A stretch of 64,000 nt of DNA, from positions 162,254 through 226,253 of the forward strand of contig CAVWHO010000017.1 of the NCBI GenBank assembly GCA_963754875.1, given 5' to 3'. A program made the position numbers and the translations under genes. Origin of the DNA: Nitrospirota bacterium (GTDB lineage: Bacteria > Nitrospirota > UBA9217). Position 1 is the stretch's first letter. Every line of letters starts with the position of its first letter. The notes under the pieces were generated by a model, which was not told the DNA's origin, did not search any database, and saw only the letters and a program-made list of their open reading frames with translations. Shown here one piece after another: positions 1 through 10,803 of this stretch.

Positions 1-2
1 GA

Positions 3-77
3 ATTCTTGACAGTTTTTTAATTTGCAGTTTGCTTAAGACAATACTGGCTTTGCTGAAAGGATCGGGAGCAGGTTAA
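3..77 (+). CDS. 3' end of upstream gene, possibly a bacterial sugar transferase (partial)
   Basis: Open frame reads ...LLKTILALLKGSGAG*, resembling the C-terminus of priming sugar transferases; precedes the EPS cluster. Confidence 0.3.
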   Translation: MLDSFLICSLLKTILALLKGSGAG

Positions 78-176
78 GGTCGGATCGGTCGAAGTAATGC
101 ATTACCGCTGTGGATATGATGATCGAGAGACACGAGGCCGCAGTTTTATTCCTTGAAGAGGAGTTAGATTTATAAC

Positions 177-1505
177 ATGTTCACCGAACGACTTGAAATG
201 AAAACGGCATTGGCAAGCGTCGTCTTTTTCGCCCTAGTATTTTTTTTTAGCGATCATTATTTGTACTACTCTCTCTTAGAAAATTACGACCTCTCGACTG
301 ATGTTTTTGAAAGCTTAACTCTGGAAGGAAATTTAGGAAGACGGCTAGCGTTTGTGGCGCTTGCTTTATTTGCGATTAGCAGTTTATTGGCCAAGAACCG
401 CCACCGTCTTAAGATTCATGGGGCTCTCGGTTGGATGCTAGCATTATTCTTTCTGTGGTCCCTCATGAGCATTGCCTGGTCCATTGATCCAGGCTTGACC
501 TTCCGCAGACTCGGGGTCTTCATTATTGTTTGCCTCAGTGCCGTCGCCACGGTCAGACTTATCCCGATCAGTTTTCTTCCATCTTTGGCCTTTTTCGTTA
601 CGGCCTCTTATCTACTGGTAGGACTGATCGTAGAGATAAGCTTGGGGACATTTAGACCAATATCAGAGGGATATCGTTTCGCCGGCACTCTCCATCCAAA
701 CATGCAGGGCGTTAATTGCGCCATGATGTTACTTTCAGCTACAACCCTGGCTGGCAGTGGTAAAAGCCGAAAAGCCGTTTTTATCCTCGCTGCTTTTATC
801 GGTTTGCTGGCTTTATGCCTCACCAAGTCCCGGACGGCCTTTGCCGCTATGTTTTTTGCCCTGACCGTGTTCAAAACATTAAGTGGTTCTGCATCAAAGT
901 GTTTAAAAGTCATCTTGGGTATAATATGGATCTTCTGTTTTTCATATCTCCTCTGGGGAGATGATTTGATTTCGGTCTTGGGAAAATGGGTTTTTATGGG
1001 GAGAGCGTCCGAAGGTCTGGATACGCTTGCCGGTCGTATGCAAATATATAAACTAAGTCTGGATTACATCGGCCAGCATCCATTTCACGGTTATGGGTTC
1101 GCTAGTTTTTGGGTGCCCCGTCACATCCGTGAGTTTTCGCAAGCGGTAGGAATAGGCATCAACGGCGCCCACTCCATCTATCTTGAACTTTTGCTCAATG
1201 TTGGACTAGTGGGTTGTATCACCTATGTTTTCATTCTCTTTCTAGGGGTTAAGGATGCATTAAGCTACTATAAAAACACTCAAGCTGCCGAATATGGCTT
1301 TCTATTCATGCTGTTTGTTTTCTCTGTAATGCATGGGATGCTAGAAGGGGCACTAATTCAAGTGTCTTTCGGCTTGTTTCTGTTGATCTGTGGCTTCTTA
1401 CACTTAGCCTTCGGGGCTGTGCCAGCAACCATGCAGTTTGAGGGCGAGCTACAAGATAAGAGGGCCGAGTCTTTACCCTTTCCACGGCAGACAACACCAG
1501 AATAA
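177..1505 (+). CDS. O-antigen ligase / Wzy polymerase family membrane protein
   Basis: Many TM segments; G..HPN, LTKSRT, R..I..HP..GYG and AHSIYL motifs typical of Wzy_C. Confidence 0.8.
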   Translation: MFTERLEMKTALASVVFFALVFFFSDHYLYYSLLENYDLSTDVFESLTLEGNLGRRLAFVALALFAISSLLAKNRHRLKIHGALGWMLALFFLWSLMSIAWSIDPGLTFRRLGVFIIVCLSAVATVRLIPISFLPSLAFFVTASYLLVGLIVEISLGTFRPISEGYRFAGTLHPNMQGVNCAMMLLSATTLAGSGKSRKAVFILAAFIGLLALCLTKSRTAFAAMFFALTVFKTLSGSASKCLKVILGIIWIFCFSYLLWGDDLISVLGKWVFMGRASEGLDTLAGRMQIYKLSLDYIGQHPFHGYGFASFWVPRHIREFSQAVGIGINGAHSIYLELLLNVGLVGCITYVFILFLGVKDALSYYKNTQAAEYGFLFMLFVFSVMHGMLEGALIQVSFGLFLLICGFLHLAFGAVPATMQFEGELQDKRAESLPFPRQTTPE

Positions 1506-1507
1506 TC

Positions 1508-2977
1508 ATGCACAATATTCTAATAAAAAAAATCCTGCGTGTTTACGAGAATGTATTGTTCAAAAATAGTTCCTGGGGATTAATGTCTCATATCTCGCAA
1601 ACAATCCTGGTAAGCTTTTTTTTCATCATCATTGCAAGAATATATTCTACTACTGAATTTGCCAACTACATAATTGCCATTACTATTTACCAGCTTGTAG
1701 CAGCTTTTTCCACTTTCGGACTTAGCCAATGGTTTATTAGGGAATTTGCAGGTACGAGCAACCGAACGGATTTAATAAGTAAATTTTTGAAGATGCAAAT
1801 TTATTTTGGGGTTTTTTTTTATGTCATAAATATCATTTTTACACTATTTGTTTATAATGACGGGTTCATCCGCCTATTGGCCGCAATCTGTGGTCTTAAT
1901 ATTATTTTTGATAATTCAATTAATGCGATAAAATGTTTGAATATTGCAGAATTTCAGCAAACAAGAACATTTAAAATACTTACAGTTGAGGCGTTTTTAA
2001 AGTTAATAACTGGCTGCTTTCTGTTTGCGTATCCATTCTCTATAATCACACTGTCCACCCTTCTAATAATCATACGATTAGTAACCTTAAATATGTTCTT
2101 GACATATGGTTCTTCCAGCCTAATCAGTTTGCATTCTCTTTTGAAGTACAAGTTATCATTTATTGATATACGGCACTTGATCATTTTAAATTGGCCATTT
2201 GTGATTATTGGAAGTGTGTCCATGGTAAATTGGCGCCTTGCAAATATTATAATATCGAAAACATTAACTATTGCCGATATCGCTAATTATGAAATATCTT
2301 ATAAGGTATTTTCAATAGCTCAATTGTTACCAGTCGTTGTATCCACCACAGTTTATCCGTTGCTAGTAAAATTATATGCAGAGGGAGACATGGATAGGTT
2401 TCGATCTTTATATAAAATGACTCATTTGTATTATCTATTATTTGGTCTTTTTTCTTACACATTTATTTATACATTTTCAGATTTCCTGATACCGTTGGCA
2501 TTTGGTTCAAGATATGTCTTCAGTGCAGTTTATACAAAACAGCTATTCTTAACAATGCTAGTTTTTCCTACAGCTTTTTTACAAGCAAATATCCTAATTG
2601 CTATGAGATATGAAAAAAATGACATGTGGTTAAATATCATTTTACTCTTAGCAAATATTATTATATGTCTTATCGGATTGCATTATATAAAATCACTTGC
2701 AGTAGTGACTATTTCTATTTTCTTATCTTTTCTTATCTTTCATATTTTGCAAGATATATTTATGATAAAAGTAAACGTCTCGACCATAAGACACGCCTTC
2801 ACATTTTATGCTATTAGTTTAGTGGCTGTCATTAGCTATATATTACTATCCAAAGCTTTTGGTTCTTACTTTGCTTTTTTTACCTTTTGGCTCTTGACAT
2901 ATTATTTCCTGATTCGCTCGAATAAACTTAAGCATCACAATGAAAATATTACTTTTTTAACAATTAAGGATGGATAG
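1508..2977 (+). CDS. Wzx-type polysaccharide flippase
   Basis: 489 aa polytopic, very AT-rich membrane protein starting with FKNSSW..IIARI; EPS context. Confidence 0.8.
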   Translation: MHNILIKKILRVYENVLFKNSSWGLMSHISQTILVSFFFIIIARIYSTTEFANYIIAITIYQLVAAFSTFGLSQWFIREFAGTSNRTDLISKFLKMQIYFGVFFYVINIIFTLFVYNDGFIRLLAAICGLNIIFDNSINAIKCLNIAEFQQTRTFKILTVEAFLKLITGCFLFAYPFSIITLSTLLIIIRLVTLNMFLTYGSSSLISLHSLLKYKLSFIDIRHLIILNWPFVIIGSVSMVNWRLANIIISKTLTIADIANYEISYKVFSIAQLLPVVVSTTVYPLLVKLYAEGDMDRFRSLYKMTHLYYLLFGLFSYTFIYTFSDFLIPLAFGSRYVFSAVYTKQLFLTMLVFPTAFLQANILIAMRYEKNDMWLNIILLLANIIICLIGLHYIKSLAVVTISIFLSFLIFHILQDIFMIKVNVSTIRHAFTFYAISLVAVISYILLSKAFGSYFAFFTFWLLTYYFLIRSNKLKHHNENITFLTIKDG

Positions 2978-3081
2978 GATAATGTATAAAATGATTTTCC
3001 ATATTAAATCTAGAGTAATAAAAGTCGCTAATGTGGCAATTGACAAGTGGATAAACTGTATACAATAAGAAGAGAAAATTA

Positions 3082-4038
3082 ATGGCAAGAGCTAAAAGTG
3101 CACTGATTTGCGGAATTTCAGGTCAGGACGGCGCATACCTTTCGCAGTTTCTGTTAAACAAGGGGTATGAAATATATGGTACCTCCCGCGATGCGCAAAT
3201 GCAAGCATTTCATAACCTGGCCCGACTCGGAATACGTGATCGCGTAAAAACGGAATCAATGGCATTGAATGACTTCCGAAGTGTCCTCCAGATTGTTGCC
3301 AAAGTCAGGCCGGATGAGATCTATAACCTGGCAGGACAGAGCTCGGTAGGACTTTCCTTTCAGCAACCTATAGAGACACTAGAAAGTATTAGTGGAGGTA
3401 CTCTCAATTTGCTTGAAGCAATCCGTTTCATCGACCTTCCCGTCAAATTTTACAATGCTGGCTCTAGTGAAAGTTTTGGGGATACCGGTGGCGCCTCGGC
3501 GGATGAATCCACCCCATTCAGGCCGAGAAGCCCTTATGCAGTGGCAAAGGCGACTTCTTGTTGGGAAGTGTCAAATTACCGAGAGGCTTACGGCCTCTTT
3601 GCCTGTTCTGGAATCCTGTTTAACCATGAGTCTCCCTTACGGCCAGATCGCTTCGTAACAAAAAAAATAACTTCCGCCGTCTGTCGGATCGCTAAAGGAT
3701 CAAGGGAAAAACTGAGGTTGGGGGATATTTCAATTTCCAGGGACTGGGGATGGGCCTCGGAATATGTCGAGGCGATGTGGCTTATGCTCCAGCAGGATCA
3801 ACCGGATGACTACGTGATAGCCACGGGAGAGGAGCATACCCTGGAAGAGTTCACATCTTTTGCCTTTGGATGCATGGGGATTGACTGGCGCGACTATGTG
3901 GAAAATGGCCCTGAATTGTATAGACCGACCGAAATCAGGACAAGTCGAGGGAACCCTGAAAAGGCGCTGACTCAGCTGGGCTGGCAGGCTCGTTATAAGA
4001 TGTGCGACATAGTTAAAATGATGTTAATGGAACAGTAA
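3082..4038 (+). CDS. gmd: GDP-mannose 4,6-dehydratase
   Basis: GISGQDGAYL, YNLAGQSSV, SPYAVAK, ILFNHESPLR, RDWG motifs. Confidence 0.9.
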   Translation: MARAKSALICGISGQDGAYLSQFLLNKGYEIYGTSRDAQMQAFHNLARLGIRDRVKTESMALNDFRSVLQIVAKVRPDEIYNLAGQSSVGLSFQQPIETLESISGGTLNLLEAIRFIDLPVKFYNAGSSESFGDTGGASADESTPFRPRSPYAVAKATSCWEVSNYREAYGLFACSGILFNHESPLRPDRFVTKKITSAVCRIAKGSREKLRLGDISISRDWGWASEYVEAMWLMLQQDQPDDYVIATGEEHTLEEFTSFAFGCMGIDWRDYVENGPELYRPTEIRTSRGNPEKALTQLGWQARYKMCDIVKMMLMEQ

Positions 4039-4133
4039 AGGATGAAGCTGGGCGGAGAATTATAAACCGGTCGCGTTATGCTTACTGGCAGAGATTATGA
4101 AGGTGATTTCAAGTAAAAAAAAGAGCTGATGAT

Positions 4134-5246
4134 ATGCCAAAATTAAAGAAAAAACTCTGCTGGATAACACCTGATTATTTTTTGTGCGTTGATGCTTTAA
4201 TTGTTCCAGAGCTATCTAATGACTATGAGATTGACTGGATTCTTATTAATACACGAAATACAGGAAGAAAATCAGATGGCCTAGTATTTAATACATTTAA
4301 GCCCAAAGAATATAACCTAAAATATAGACAAAGGGACCCCCGCATAATAATACAATATCTGAGGTTACTAAACAACATCCGGGAATCAGATGCTGACTTA
4401 ATTTATATATCTTTTCACGGTCTGCCATATTTTTTCCCTCTTTTCTTTTTGTTAATAAACCCCAATCGGGTGATTTATGGTGCTCACAATGTTAGTACTC
4501 CAAAAGGGGCGAGTAATGAGTGCCTTATGCGAATATATAATAATTATGTACATAGCAGAATGAAAAAATTTCACGTATTTTCGAAGTCGCAGTTAACCAT
4601 TATTAGAAGACTGCTACCTGATAAAAAATCATATTATGCTCCCTTAGCTCTAGAAGATTATGGATCATCAGCTGTTATTCCACCTGATAATATAATAAGG
4701 TTTTTATTTTTTGGGTACATTAGAAATTATAAAAGGCTAGATTTATTGATAAATGCTTTTCAGGATTTGTACAAATCCGGAATGCAAAATATTGAGCTCT
4801 ATATTGCCGGCAATTGTGAAAATTGGGAATATTATCAATCAATGATTACTATCAGTGAAGGGATTAAAACAAGAATTGAAATTATACCCAATCATGATAT
4901 TCCAGATCTAATATCTTCTTGCCATTATATGGTATTGCCTTACCAGGATATAGCCCAAAGTGCGGTGCTTACATTAGCATATCAATACAATAAGCCAATA
5001 ATCGCTTCCGATATTGATCCTTTCAGGGAGTTCATCGTAGATGGATTTACAGGATTCTTTTTTAAAAGACAATCACGGGAAAGTTTATCTTCTGTTATGA
5101 GAGAAGTAATTTTAAAGCATAATGCTAATTACGAAAACATGAGACAAAATATCATGGCTTTTGTAAAGAAAGAGTATTCAATGAGCCAAATAATATCTAT
5201 GTATAAAGCCTTTTTAGATGAATGTATTTCAAGGGAACAGCAATAA
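4134..5246 (+). CDS. Glycosyltransferase family 4
   Basis: LFFGYIRNYKRLD..., VLPY...QSAV...KPIIASD GT-B C-terminal motifs. Confidence 0.85.
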   Translation: MPKLKKKLCWITPDYFLCVDALIVPELSNDYEIDWILINTRNTGRKSDGLVFNTFKPKEYNLKYRQRDPRIIIQYLRLLNNIRESDADLIYISFHGLPYFFPLFFLLINPNRVIYGAHNVSTPKGASNECLMRIYNNYVHSRMKKFHVFSKSQLTIIRRLLPDKKSYYAPLALEDYGSSAVIPPDNIIRFLFFGYIRNYKRLDLLINAFQDLYKSGMQNIELYIAGNCENWEYYQSMITISEGIKTRIEIIPNHDIPDLISSCHYMVLPYQDIAQSAVLTLAYQYNKPIIASDIDPFREFIVDGFTGFFFKRQSRESLSSVMREVILKHNANYENMRQNIMAFVKKEYSMSQIISMYKAFLDECISREQQ

Positions 5247-5263
5247 AAAAAAATGGGCTCTGT

Positions 5264-6421
5264 ATGAAAAAAATAGGAATATTAACTTATTTAAATGAAT
5301 ATGCAAATCTTGGTACTAACATGCAAGCGTATTGCACGTTGGAGGCAATTAAAAAAGAATATCCTGATGCCCAAGTAGAACTAATAAATTATGTGGGATG
5401 GCGGCGGCCAATGAGGCCCTATCTAACGGATATTTCTTTTCATTCGTTTAAAAATGATATTATCAGAATTAAAAAATATAATATTTTTTTTAAAAATGAA
5501 ATTACAACGAGCCGAAACAAATTAATGTCTTCAAACCGTGACAACTCTATTGAGTTTATTAAGAAACAAAACTATGACGCAATATATGTTGGCTCTGATA
5601 CGGTGTTGGAATTACAACAGGCCAACAAAGATAACTTGACTGCATACTGGTTAGACAATACGGTTGATAGTCATAAATTTCTTATAGCAGCTTCCTCTCA
5701 TAATGTTTATTATGACGCCTTATCTGAAAATCAAAAGAATCTAATTCAGAAAACAATAGATGGATTTTCTTTATTAGGGGTTAGAGATGAGGCTACCTTC
5801 CGATTGCTATCAAATTTTACGTCGCCAGGAGATAAAAGGTTGCAAATCGTACCAGATCCAACGTTTACCTATGAAATAGATTATAGTATTGCCGAGCAAT
5901 ATATTAAAAGGAAGAAATTAAATTTTAATAAACCTGTTGTCTGTTTGCATTTATTAAGAAATACAAAATGGGCGTGGGATTTATCGAATTATTTCAGAAA
6001 GTCGGGTTTTATTGTAGTATCGCTTCGTCCTGCTTATTATGCTGATATGATTTTTACAGATTTGTCGCCTTTTGAACAAATGGGAATATATAAATATTTT
6101 GACCTCGTCATAACTCATCGATTCCATGATTCCATTTTTTGTATAAAAAATTATACTCCTGTTATTTTCTTTACAGAGAATGTTACTGATGTAACGCCAG
6201 ATCAAGAATCGAAAGCCTTGACGCTATTTAAGTCGTTTAAATTAGACAAATCAAATTACATCGCAAACAAGGATATTTTGACAGCTAAATATTTACTTGA
6301 TATGCAGCAGAAGGCGATAATGAATTTTAAAAATAATGAGGATTTTATTAAATGTGAACTTAAGGTGCAAAAAAATAAATATGAAAACTTTGTACAGGAA
6401 TCTAGAAGAATGTGCATGTAA
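5264..6421 (+). CDS. Polysaccharide pyruvyl transferase family protein
   Basis: KIGILT..NLGTNMQAY, VGSD, GVRD, PDPT, THRFH motifs. Confidence 0.85.
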   Translation: MKKIGILTYLNEYANLGTNMQAYCTLEAIKKEYPDAQVELINYVGWRRPMRPYLTDISFHSFKNDIIRIKKYNIFFKNEITTSRNKLMSSNRDNSIEFIKKQNYDAIYVGSDTVLELQQANKDNLTAYWLDNTVDSHKFLIAASSHNVYYDALSENQKNLIQKTIDGFSLLGVRDEATFRLLSNFTSPGDKRLQIVPDPTFTYEIDYSIAEQYIKRKKLNFNKPVVCLHLLRNTKWAWDLSNYFRKSGFIVVSLRPAYYADMIFTDLSPFEQMGIYKYFDLVITHRFHDSIFCIKNYTPVIFFTENVTDVTPDQESKALTLFKSFKLDKSNYIANKDILTAKYLLDMQQKAIMNFKNNEDFIKCELKVQKNKYENFVQESRRMCM

Positions 6422-6449
6422 TGATTGCACAACAATGAGATTACGCCCG

Positions 6450-6560
6450 AGCAAAATAGCTCGGATCGAATATCTACTGAACCGCCGACCAAGGAGCCTT
6501 GGTTACAAAACGCCATTGAAGGTCGCAGCCTCAAGTAATACACTTCGAGTTTGAATTCGC
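6450..6560 (+). mobile_element. IS30-family right-end remnant
   Basis: Translates to LLNRRPRSLGYKTP (IS30 C-terminal LN.RPR..LGYKTP), followed by CACTTCGAGTTTGAATTCGC resembling IS30-family terminal repeats. Confidence 0.65.
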
Positions 6561-6594
6561 GACCTTACATTTTATCTGGTTATTCCCAAATTCT

Positions 6595-7689
6595 ATGAAA
6601 ATTATTATAACCTCACCTTCACTTAAGAAAAATCACAATATAAGTGGCATTTCATCGGTCACACAATTTATTATCAAAAGAAATACGGGAAAGGAATATA
6701 TTCATTTTCAACTGGGCAAAAAAGACTTCGAAAGTCGTAATTTAGGCTGGTTTTTCCGAATTCTGAAAGCATATCTGAAATGGGGTTATTTGATGCTTAC
6801 CCAAAAGGATATATTGATACATTTCAATCTCGCCTTTAGCATACTCTCCATATTTCGTGATTCTCCTTTGATTTTATTTGCCCGCTTGTTGCGCAAACCC
6901 ATGATTATTCATTTACATGGTGGTGAATATCTCACAGAGAGCAAAATGCCATTATTGATAAAGTATATTTTAAAATGCAGTATGTCGGGCCAAAACCCGA
7001 AAATTGTCCTAAGTTCTACGGAAAAGAAAATGATCAATCGAAATTTCAGTATTAGTAAAATATTTGTTCTCCCAAATTGCATCGAATTAGAGGATGCAGG
7101 CAAGTTTCAACGTACTTATACGAAAAACGAGGTGCTCAGACTTCTATTCATGGGCCGTATTGTTGTAAGCAAGGGAATTGAATTAATTTTTCGGGCACTG
7201 GAATGCCTAAAACAGAAAGGCGTTAGATTAAAATTTGTTATAGCAGGCAAAGGCCCTGACGAAAAACTTTATGTCCGTAAATTTAGGGAGTTGTTAGGCG
7301 AGGATTTTGAACATAAGGGCGTTGTATCAGGTGACCAAAAGACAGAATTATTAAGAAATTGCCATGTATTTCTTTTGCCATCATTTTTTGAGGGATTGCC
7401 AATGGCATTGATCGAGAGCATGTCTTTTGGCTTAGTCCCCGTAACCACGAATGTTGGTTCCATCAAGTATGTAATTAAACATGAGATAAACGGGATATTT
7501 GTAAATAAGCATTCATCAGCAGAAATAGCATCTGCTATTGAAAAACTTTCTAAAGATAAAGAACATTTGCAAGAATTAAGCAGAAATGCACGACAATATA
7601 TCTTTAGCAACTACAATCCGGACGCCTATATTGCCAGACTAAATGAGATCTACGACGATGAATATAATCATAAATATTCATTCAGTTAA
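6595..7689 (+). CDS. Glycosyltransferase family 4
   Basis: HLHGG, FMGRI..SKG, LPSFFEGLPMALIESM motifs. Confidence 0.9.
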   Translation: MKIIITSPSLKKNHNISGISSVTQFIIKRNTGKEYIHFQLGKKDFESRNLGWFFRILKAYLKWGYLMLTQKDILIHFNLAFSILSIFRDSPLILFARLLRKPMIIHLHGGEYLTESKMPLLIKYILKCSMSGQNPKIVLSSTEKKMINRNFSISKIFVLPNCIELEDAGKFQRTYTKNEVLRLLFMGRIVVSKGIELIFRALECLKQKGVRLKFVIAGKGPDEKLYVRKFRELLGEDFEHKGVVSGDQKTELLRNCHVFLLPSFFEGLPMALIESMSFGLVPVTTNVGSIKYVIKHEINGIFVNKHSSAEIASAIEKLSKDKEHLQELSRNARQYIFSNYNPDAYIARLNEIYDDEYNHKYSFS

Positions 7690-8596
7690 TAATAGTTTAT
7701 GGTTTGAGACCATAATTTGTTTCTTAAAATCAAAGTATGCATTGATACCTGTAGAAACTTTGCATGAAATCTACCTGGGACGAATATATATAAAAAACTC
7801 ATGTCATATTACTGTAGATGACGGCAATAAATCATTTTACGATGTAATTTTCCCCGTATTAAAAAAACATCATGTCCCGGCCTCTGTCTATGTATCTCCC
7901 AAGATATGTAAAGAAAAAAGCAATTATTGGTTTCAGGAAATACAAGGATATGACCAAATTGAGTTAAAGCGGATCATTGCCGATATGTCGAATTGCTCAT
8001 ATAATTACCTTCTCAAGTATAGTGCAGAAGGGATATTGAAGACCTTTCCAGTTTACCAGATTCATGAAATAATAATGAGATACCGAAAAATAACTGATAC
8101 TGAAAAAAAAGTATTTCAGAATCTGACGGTAAACAACCTTAAAGAGATCGATCAATCCGGTTTGGTGACAATTGGGTCGCACACTATCAACCACCCAATA
8201 TTAACAAATGAAGATGATGCAAGCAGCAAATATGAAATAGTTGAATCTGTACGCGAATTATCAACCCTATTAAGCCGAGAAATAAAATATTTTGCATATC
8301 CTAATGGCATACCTATCCTGGATTTTACAGAACGAGAGATGAATTATCTAAACAATATTGGTATTCAATTAGCTTTTACGACAGAGTCAAAAAATATCTC
8401 CTCCTTTGACAACCCAATGGGTATCCCCAGAATAGGAATATCGGATGGTGAAAGTTTGTCTTTTTTTAAAAGTAAATTATTTTTAGCTTCTTTTTGGAAC
8501 ACCTTTAAAAGGTTGAACCCGACAGGTGAATATAGAGAAAGAAAGGAATTACGCCGGTTTTTTCAGTCGGGAACACGCATGGATTATATTTCATGA
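7658..8596 (+). CDS. Polysaccharide deacetylase (CE4/NodB)
   Basis: ITVDDG, GSHTINHP, FAYPNG motifs. Confidence 0.85.
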   Translation: MNIIINIHSVNNSLWFETIICFLKSKYALIPVETLHEIYLGRIYIKNSCHITVDDGNKSFYDVIFPVLKKHHVPASVYVSPKICKEKSNYWFQEIQGYDQIELKRIIADMSNCSYNYLLKYSAEGILKTFPVYQIHEIIMRYRKITDTEKKVFQNLTVNNLKEIDQSGLVTIGSHTINHPILTNEDDASSKYEIVESVRELSTLLSREIKYFAYPNGIPILDFTEREMNYLNNIGIQLAFTTESKNISSFDNPMGIPRIGISDGESLSFFKSKLFLASFWNTFKRLNPTGEYRERKELRRFFQSGTRMDYIS

Positions 8597-9399
8597 ACGT
8601 CCAAAAACCTTTTCCATTACCTCATCGTACTATCCTTGGAATGCGGCTCGATGCGGCTAGCAATGCAGATGCAACTCGCATTATTTTAAAGTCGGCAAAG
8701 GAAAAAGTGCGCGGCTATGTTTGTGCAGCAAATGTGCACATGGTCATGGAATCGCACGATGAGGAGGCATTTCAAAGGATTGTGAACGGTGCCGTTTTAG
8801 TCATTCCGGACGGCATGCCTTTGGTTTGGGGTTTACGCTTTTTAGGGGTAAGAAAAGCTACTCACATTCGCGGCTACGATCTTACCGTGGATCTTCTCGA
8901 AGCGTCAGCACGAGAAGGCGTGACGGTCGGATTTTACGGCGGAAGCATCGAAGTTTTGAATAAGCTGCTGCAGGCTTCCCAAAAGAGATTCTCACAACTT
9001 AAAGCAGTCTATTCATATAGCCCACCGTTCCGCCAGATGTCACATGAGGAAGATGAGCGTATAATTACGGAGATCAATGACTCAGGAGTGAACATTCTCT
9101 TTGTCGGACTTGGATGTCCCAAGCAAGAGCGATGGATGGCAGAGCATGCTGGCCGTATCGACGCGATTATGATCGGCGTCGGTGCTGCGTTTGATTTTTT
9201 AGGAGGCTCAAAGCCCCAAGCTCCTCGTTGGATGATGTCTGCAGGGCTTGAATGGTTATTTCGCTTGGTTATAGAGCCGCGAAGACTTTGGCGAAGATAC
9301 TGTATTTATAATGCTCGATTTATAGTTTTATTTATTATGCAGTTGCTCAGCAATTACTACAGCATTGCCCGGCAAAAAATTTTTAAATGCATGGGCTGA
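8593..9399 (+). CDS. WecB/TagA/CpsF family glycosyltransferase
   Basis: PDGMPL, FVGLGCPKQE, GVGAAFDF, GLEWLFRL..EPRRLWRRY. Confidence 0.9.
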   Translation: MNVQKPFPLPHRTILGMRLDAASNADATRIILKSAKEKVRGYVCAANVHMVMESHDEEAFQRIVNGAVLVIPDGMPLVWGLRFLGVRKATHIRGYDLTVDLLEASAREGVTVGFYGGSIEVLNKLLQASQKRFSQLKAVYSYSPPFRQMSHEEDERIITEINDSGVNILFVGLGCPKQERWMAEHAGRIDAIMIGVGAAFDFLGGSKPQAPRWMMSAGLEWLFRLVIEPRRLWRRYCIYNARFIVLFIMQLLSNYYSIARQKIFKCMG

Positions 9400-9616
9400 A
9401 AACCTCTTATTCTGGATAAGAAAGGAGACCAGACCCTATTCTAGCATCGACAAATCTTTTTTCACTCACACACATATGCCATTAGACGGGATCAAGCATA
9501 CGCGCGATTACAACTGCTAAGGCAAGAGAGGGAAAAAGAAACACTGCTGTAATTAAAGAACCACAGAATCTTTTTCCATTTTAGTTTCCGGCATCTGAGC
9601 AGTATAGGTTTTATTT

Positions 9617-10729
9617 TCAATGAGCAACCAAATTACTTGGAATCAGAGGAGGAAAGCTAGTGTGTTTTTTGATAATGCTCCACTGCGCTTTATCCTGACG
9701 ATTTACCTCTGGAATAAGACTCATGCCGTAATCCGTACCGCTCATGCTCGGCCACCATGAATTTGCCCCGGAAGGATCGGCATAGGCATAGTACCAATAC
9801 GTTCCTGACACTCCATTTTGCTTCAAGACGTTAAGGAAATTGTCAAGTACAGTAAGCCATCGAGGATCGTTTTCTGGAATACCAAACTCTCCGACAAATC
9901 CTTTTGCATTGCTCTGCTTTAGCCATTGTAAGAAGGGCTGAACTTTATCGACTCCCCAGTTGGGATACGCGCCTTGCTGGTCATACGTCTGTGTATATGT
10001 GCCGCTCCCGTTGCCGTCAAAATACAAGTGGGCCTCATAGATGAGGTTGTTCGCCGGGTCAATAATTTTGAGGCCGCCATTGTCCCTAGGCCAATAATAG
10101 GCGCTAGCCCATTGCGTGCCTTCCACGTAAATTGTTGTGTGCATATCGACTGAGCGGATGCCATTAACCGCCGCTTGTGCGGCTTGTGGCCACACGCCTG
10201 TGCCGAGGTCGTGAGGTTCGTTCATGATATCGTAGCCAGCGAGACCAGCACTCCCCGATAGAGCTCCCGCCAGTTTGGTCCACAGATCTTGGAAAGCAGA
10301 AATGGGGAGAGAACTTGATCCGATAACCAGTCCGCCGGTACTGCTAACCGCAACGATGCCGTAATTAGCCACTGCGGTAGCCGCCCAATTAGGATTGTAG
10401 CGCCCATAATTATGAATATCTACAATTACTTGCATTTTGCGGGTCGTTGCTAAGTCTAAAAATGATTTAAGCTTTCCAACTTCAGTTTGATTGAGCGGGC
10501 CATTGAGAGTAGACTGTAATTTTTCCCATGCGATGGGCAAACGGACGAGAACGATACCTTTATTTTTGAGATAATCAAGGTGGCTCGCAATCGGATACGT
10601 TTCCCAAGAATATTCCGACCCAGATATGTTTATGCCGATCATTGCCCCGGTTGCCATACTTGGCGCAGCATAAGCCAGGATCATTAGTACGAAAAATAAT
10701 CTCTTTAGCATTTCATTTCTCTCCTTCAT
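9617..10729 (-). CDS. Secreted glycoside hydrolase family 5 (endoglucanase-like)
   Basis: Signal peptide; RLPIAWE, DIHNY, MNEPH (acid/base), EAHLY, VGEFG (nucleophile). Confidence 0.85.
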   Translation of the reverse strand: MKERNEMLKRLFFVLMILAYAAPSMATGAMIGINISGSEYSWETYPIASHLDYLKNKGIVLVRLPIAWEKLQSTLNGPLNQTEVGKLKSFLDLATTRKMQVIVDIHNYGRYNPNWAATAVANYGIVAVSSTGGLVIGSSSLPISAFQDLWTKLAGALSGSAGLAGYDIMNEPHDLGTGVWPQAAQAAVNGIRSVDMHTTIYVEGTQWASAYYWPRDNGGLKIIDPANNLIYEAHLYFDGNGSGTYTQTYDQQGAYPNWGVDKVQPFLQWLKQSNAKGFVGEFGIPENDPRWLTVLDNFLNVLKQNGVSGTYWYYAYADPSGANSWWPSMSGTDYGMSLIPEVNRQDKAQWSIIKKHTSFPPLIPSNLVAH

Positions 10730-10803
10730 AATAGGTTACTCTTTGTAGATTGGGATTAATAATGACATTTCTACAATCTAATTTCAATTATGGATAGAGA
10801 ATG

